Shown in pieces: positions 63,172-64,000 of a DNA stretch of 64,000 bases. Each line of letters begins with the position of its first letter. Position 1 is the first letter of the stretch. The notes below the pieces were generated by a model. The model ran no database searches, was not told the origin of the DNA, and saw only the letters and a program-made list of their open reading frames with translations. The stretch comes from Klebsormidium nitens (taxonomy: Eukaryota > Plantae > Klebsormidiophyceae). The stretch is from contig DF237161.1 of NCBI GenBank assembly GCA_000708835.1, positions 79,391 to 143,390 on the forward strand, written 5' to 3'. Position numbers and translations under genes: made by a program.

Positions 63172-63705
63172 GTGCATATTGGATCATATCAGAGGAAGGC
63201 GTACCCCAACGACCACATTCTGATCGTCAAAACCGGCGCCCCGGACAAGTTCCTCAACGAGTTTATAAGGGACGTCCAGAAACCCCTACTGGCGGCGGGC
63301 TTTGAACGCGACACCATCAACTCCCGAGTGCAGCACTGGCGCCTCTTCACCAAGCGCGGCCAGCCAAAGCGCACATGGGGAGCGTGCTTCGGCTCGCGTA
63401 AGGACCGCGATGCCGCCTGGGAGGAATACCTCCCCATCCGCCAGAACGTCATGGACAAAGGCCTCGTCATCGAGCACTGCATCCCAAACCCCAAGGGTGC
63501 AACCAAAACAACCGAGGAAACAACCACCGAGCACACGGAGAATGCTCTGCAGCACACCTGCGCCGCTGCGGAAGCCGCGGCAGCACTACTAGCATCTCCC
63601 GAGGACGCGGCCGAGCCAGGCGACTTGAAGGCCCGTGACCAAATCGACACCATTGTGGACCTGCTCTACAAACGCATCACCAAGGGCAAAAATGCTGAGG
63701 AGTAG
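63172..63705 (+). CDS. Orphan intronless ORF (177 aa), possibly transposon ORF1/RRM-like or virus-derived
   Basis: GC3-biased, protein-like ORF standing out from AT-rich flanks, with AATAAA at 63726-63731. Its beta/alpha spacing (ILIV…RVQHWR…PKRTWGACF.S.KDRD) is loosely reminiscent of the LINE ORF1p RRM. No family recognised. Confidence 0.4.
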   Translation: MHIGSYQRKAYPNDHILIVKTGAPDKFLNEFIRDVQKPLLAAGFERDTINSRVQHWRLFTKRGQPKRTWGACFGSRKDRDAAWEEYLPIRQNVMDKGLVIEHCIPNPKGATKTTEETTTEHTENALQHTCAAAEAAAALLASPEDAAEPGDLKARDQIDTIVDLLYKRITKGKNAEE

Positions 63706-64000
63706 AATCGTTGTAGTTGGTCATAAATAAAGGGCAAATTTAAGCCACTCGTCGTGTAACTGAAGAGGCCTGTAGCCAGTTTCGGGAGTTAGCTAATATG
63801 CCGTAGGAATCGAGTCGGACATTGAACGTATTTGCATGGTAGTGACGTGTCGCTTATGCATATGTTTATTGAAGGACTCTAGCTTTGATTTTCGTAGAGT
63901 CAGATTGAGTCCGGACATGACTTACAGCTGCATAGCAAGCTGTAGAGTCAACAAACTATCCCGGGTCTGCCGGAGACCGTGCTCCATGGCTCTAATGTGG

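Overview
Intron-rich eukaryotic nuclear DNA with GC3-rich exons and canonical GT-AG introns of mostly 250-550 nt. The gene content (HDA9, a thylakoid-type protein) points to a streptophyte/green alga; it resembles Klebsormidium, but that is inference. No rRNA, tRNA or CRISPR is supported. Spliced models were built by hand from splice sites and reading-frame phase, and the fully contained models sum to multiples of 3. Genes in order: 3' part of URB2/Npa2 (+), a TMEM53/DUF829 hydrolase (-), a putative type-I membrane protein with a fungal CBM52-like Cys module (+), an intronless DUF1295 protein (-) inside a transposon-relic island, a 19-exon ~1267-aa membrane-anchored cytochrome P450 fused in frame to a diflavin reductase (+), a 12-exon ~2424-aa ePHD/2xADD/C2H2/pre-SET/SET/post-SET methyltransferase (-) head-to-head with HDA9 (+), a Tat-signal DUF1499 protein (-), a RHGEK histidine phosphatase (+) and an orphan intronless ORF. 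Three TA-flanked MITE-like elements and some minisatellites are present. The best novel-system candidate is the P450 fusion: its reductase motifs match nitric-oxide-synthase (NOS) reductases rather than CPR/BM3, and its I-helix lacks the canonical oxygen-activation motif. The second is the tandem-ADD SUV39-type methyltransferase.
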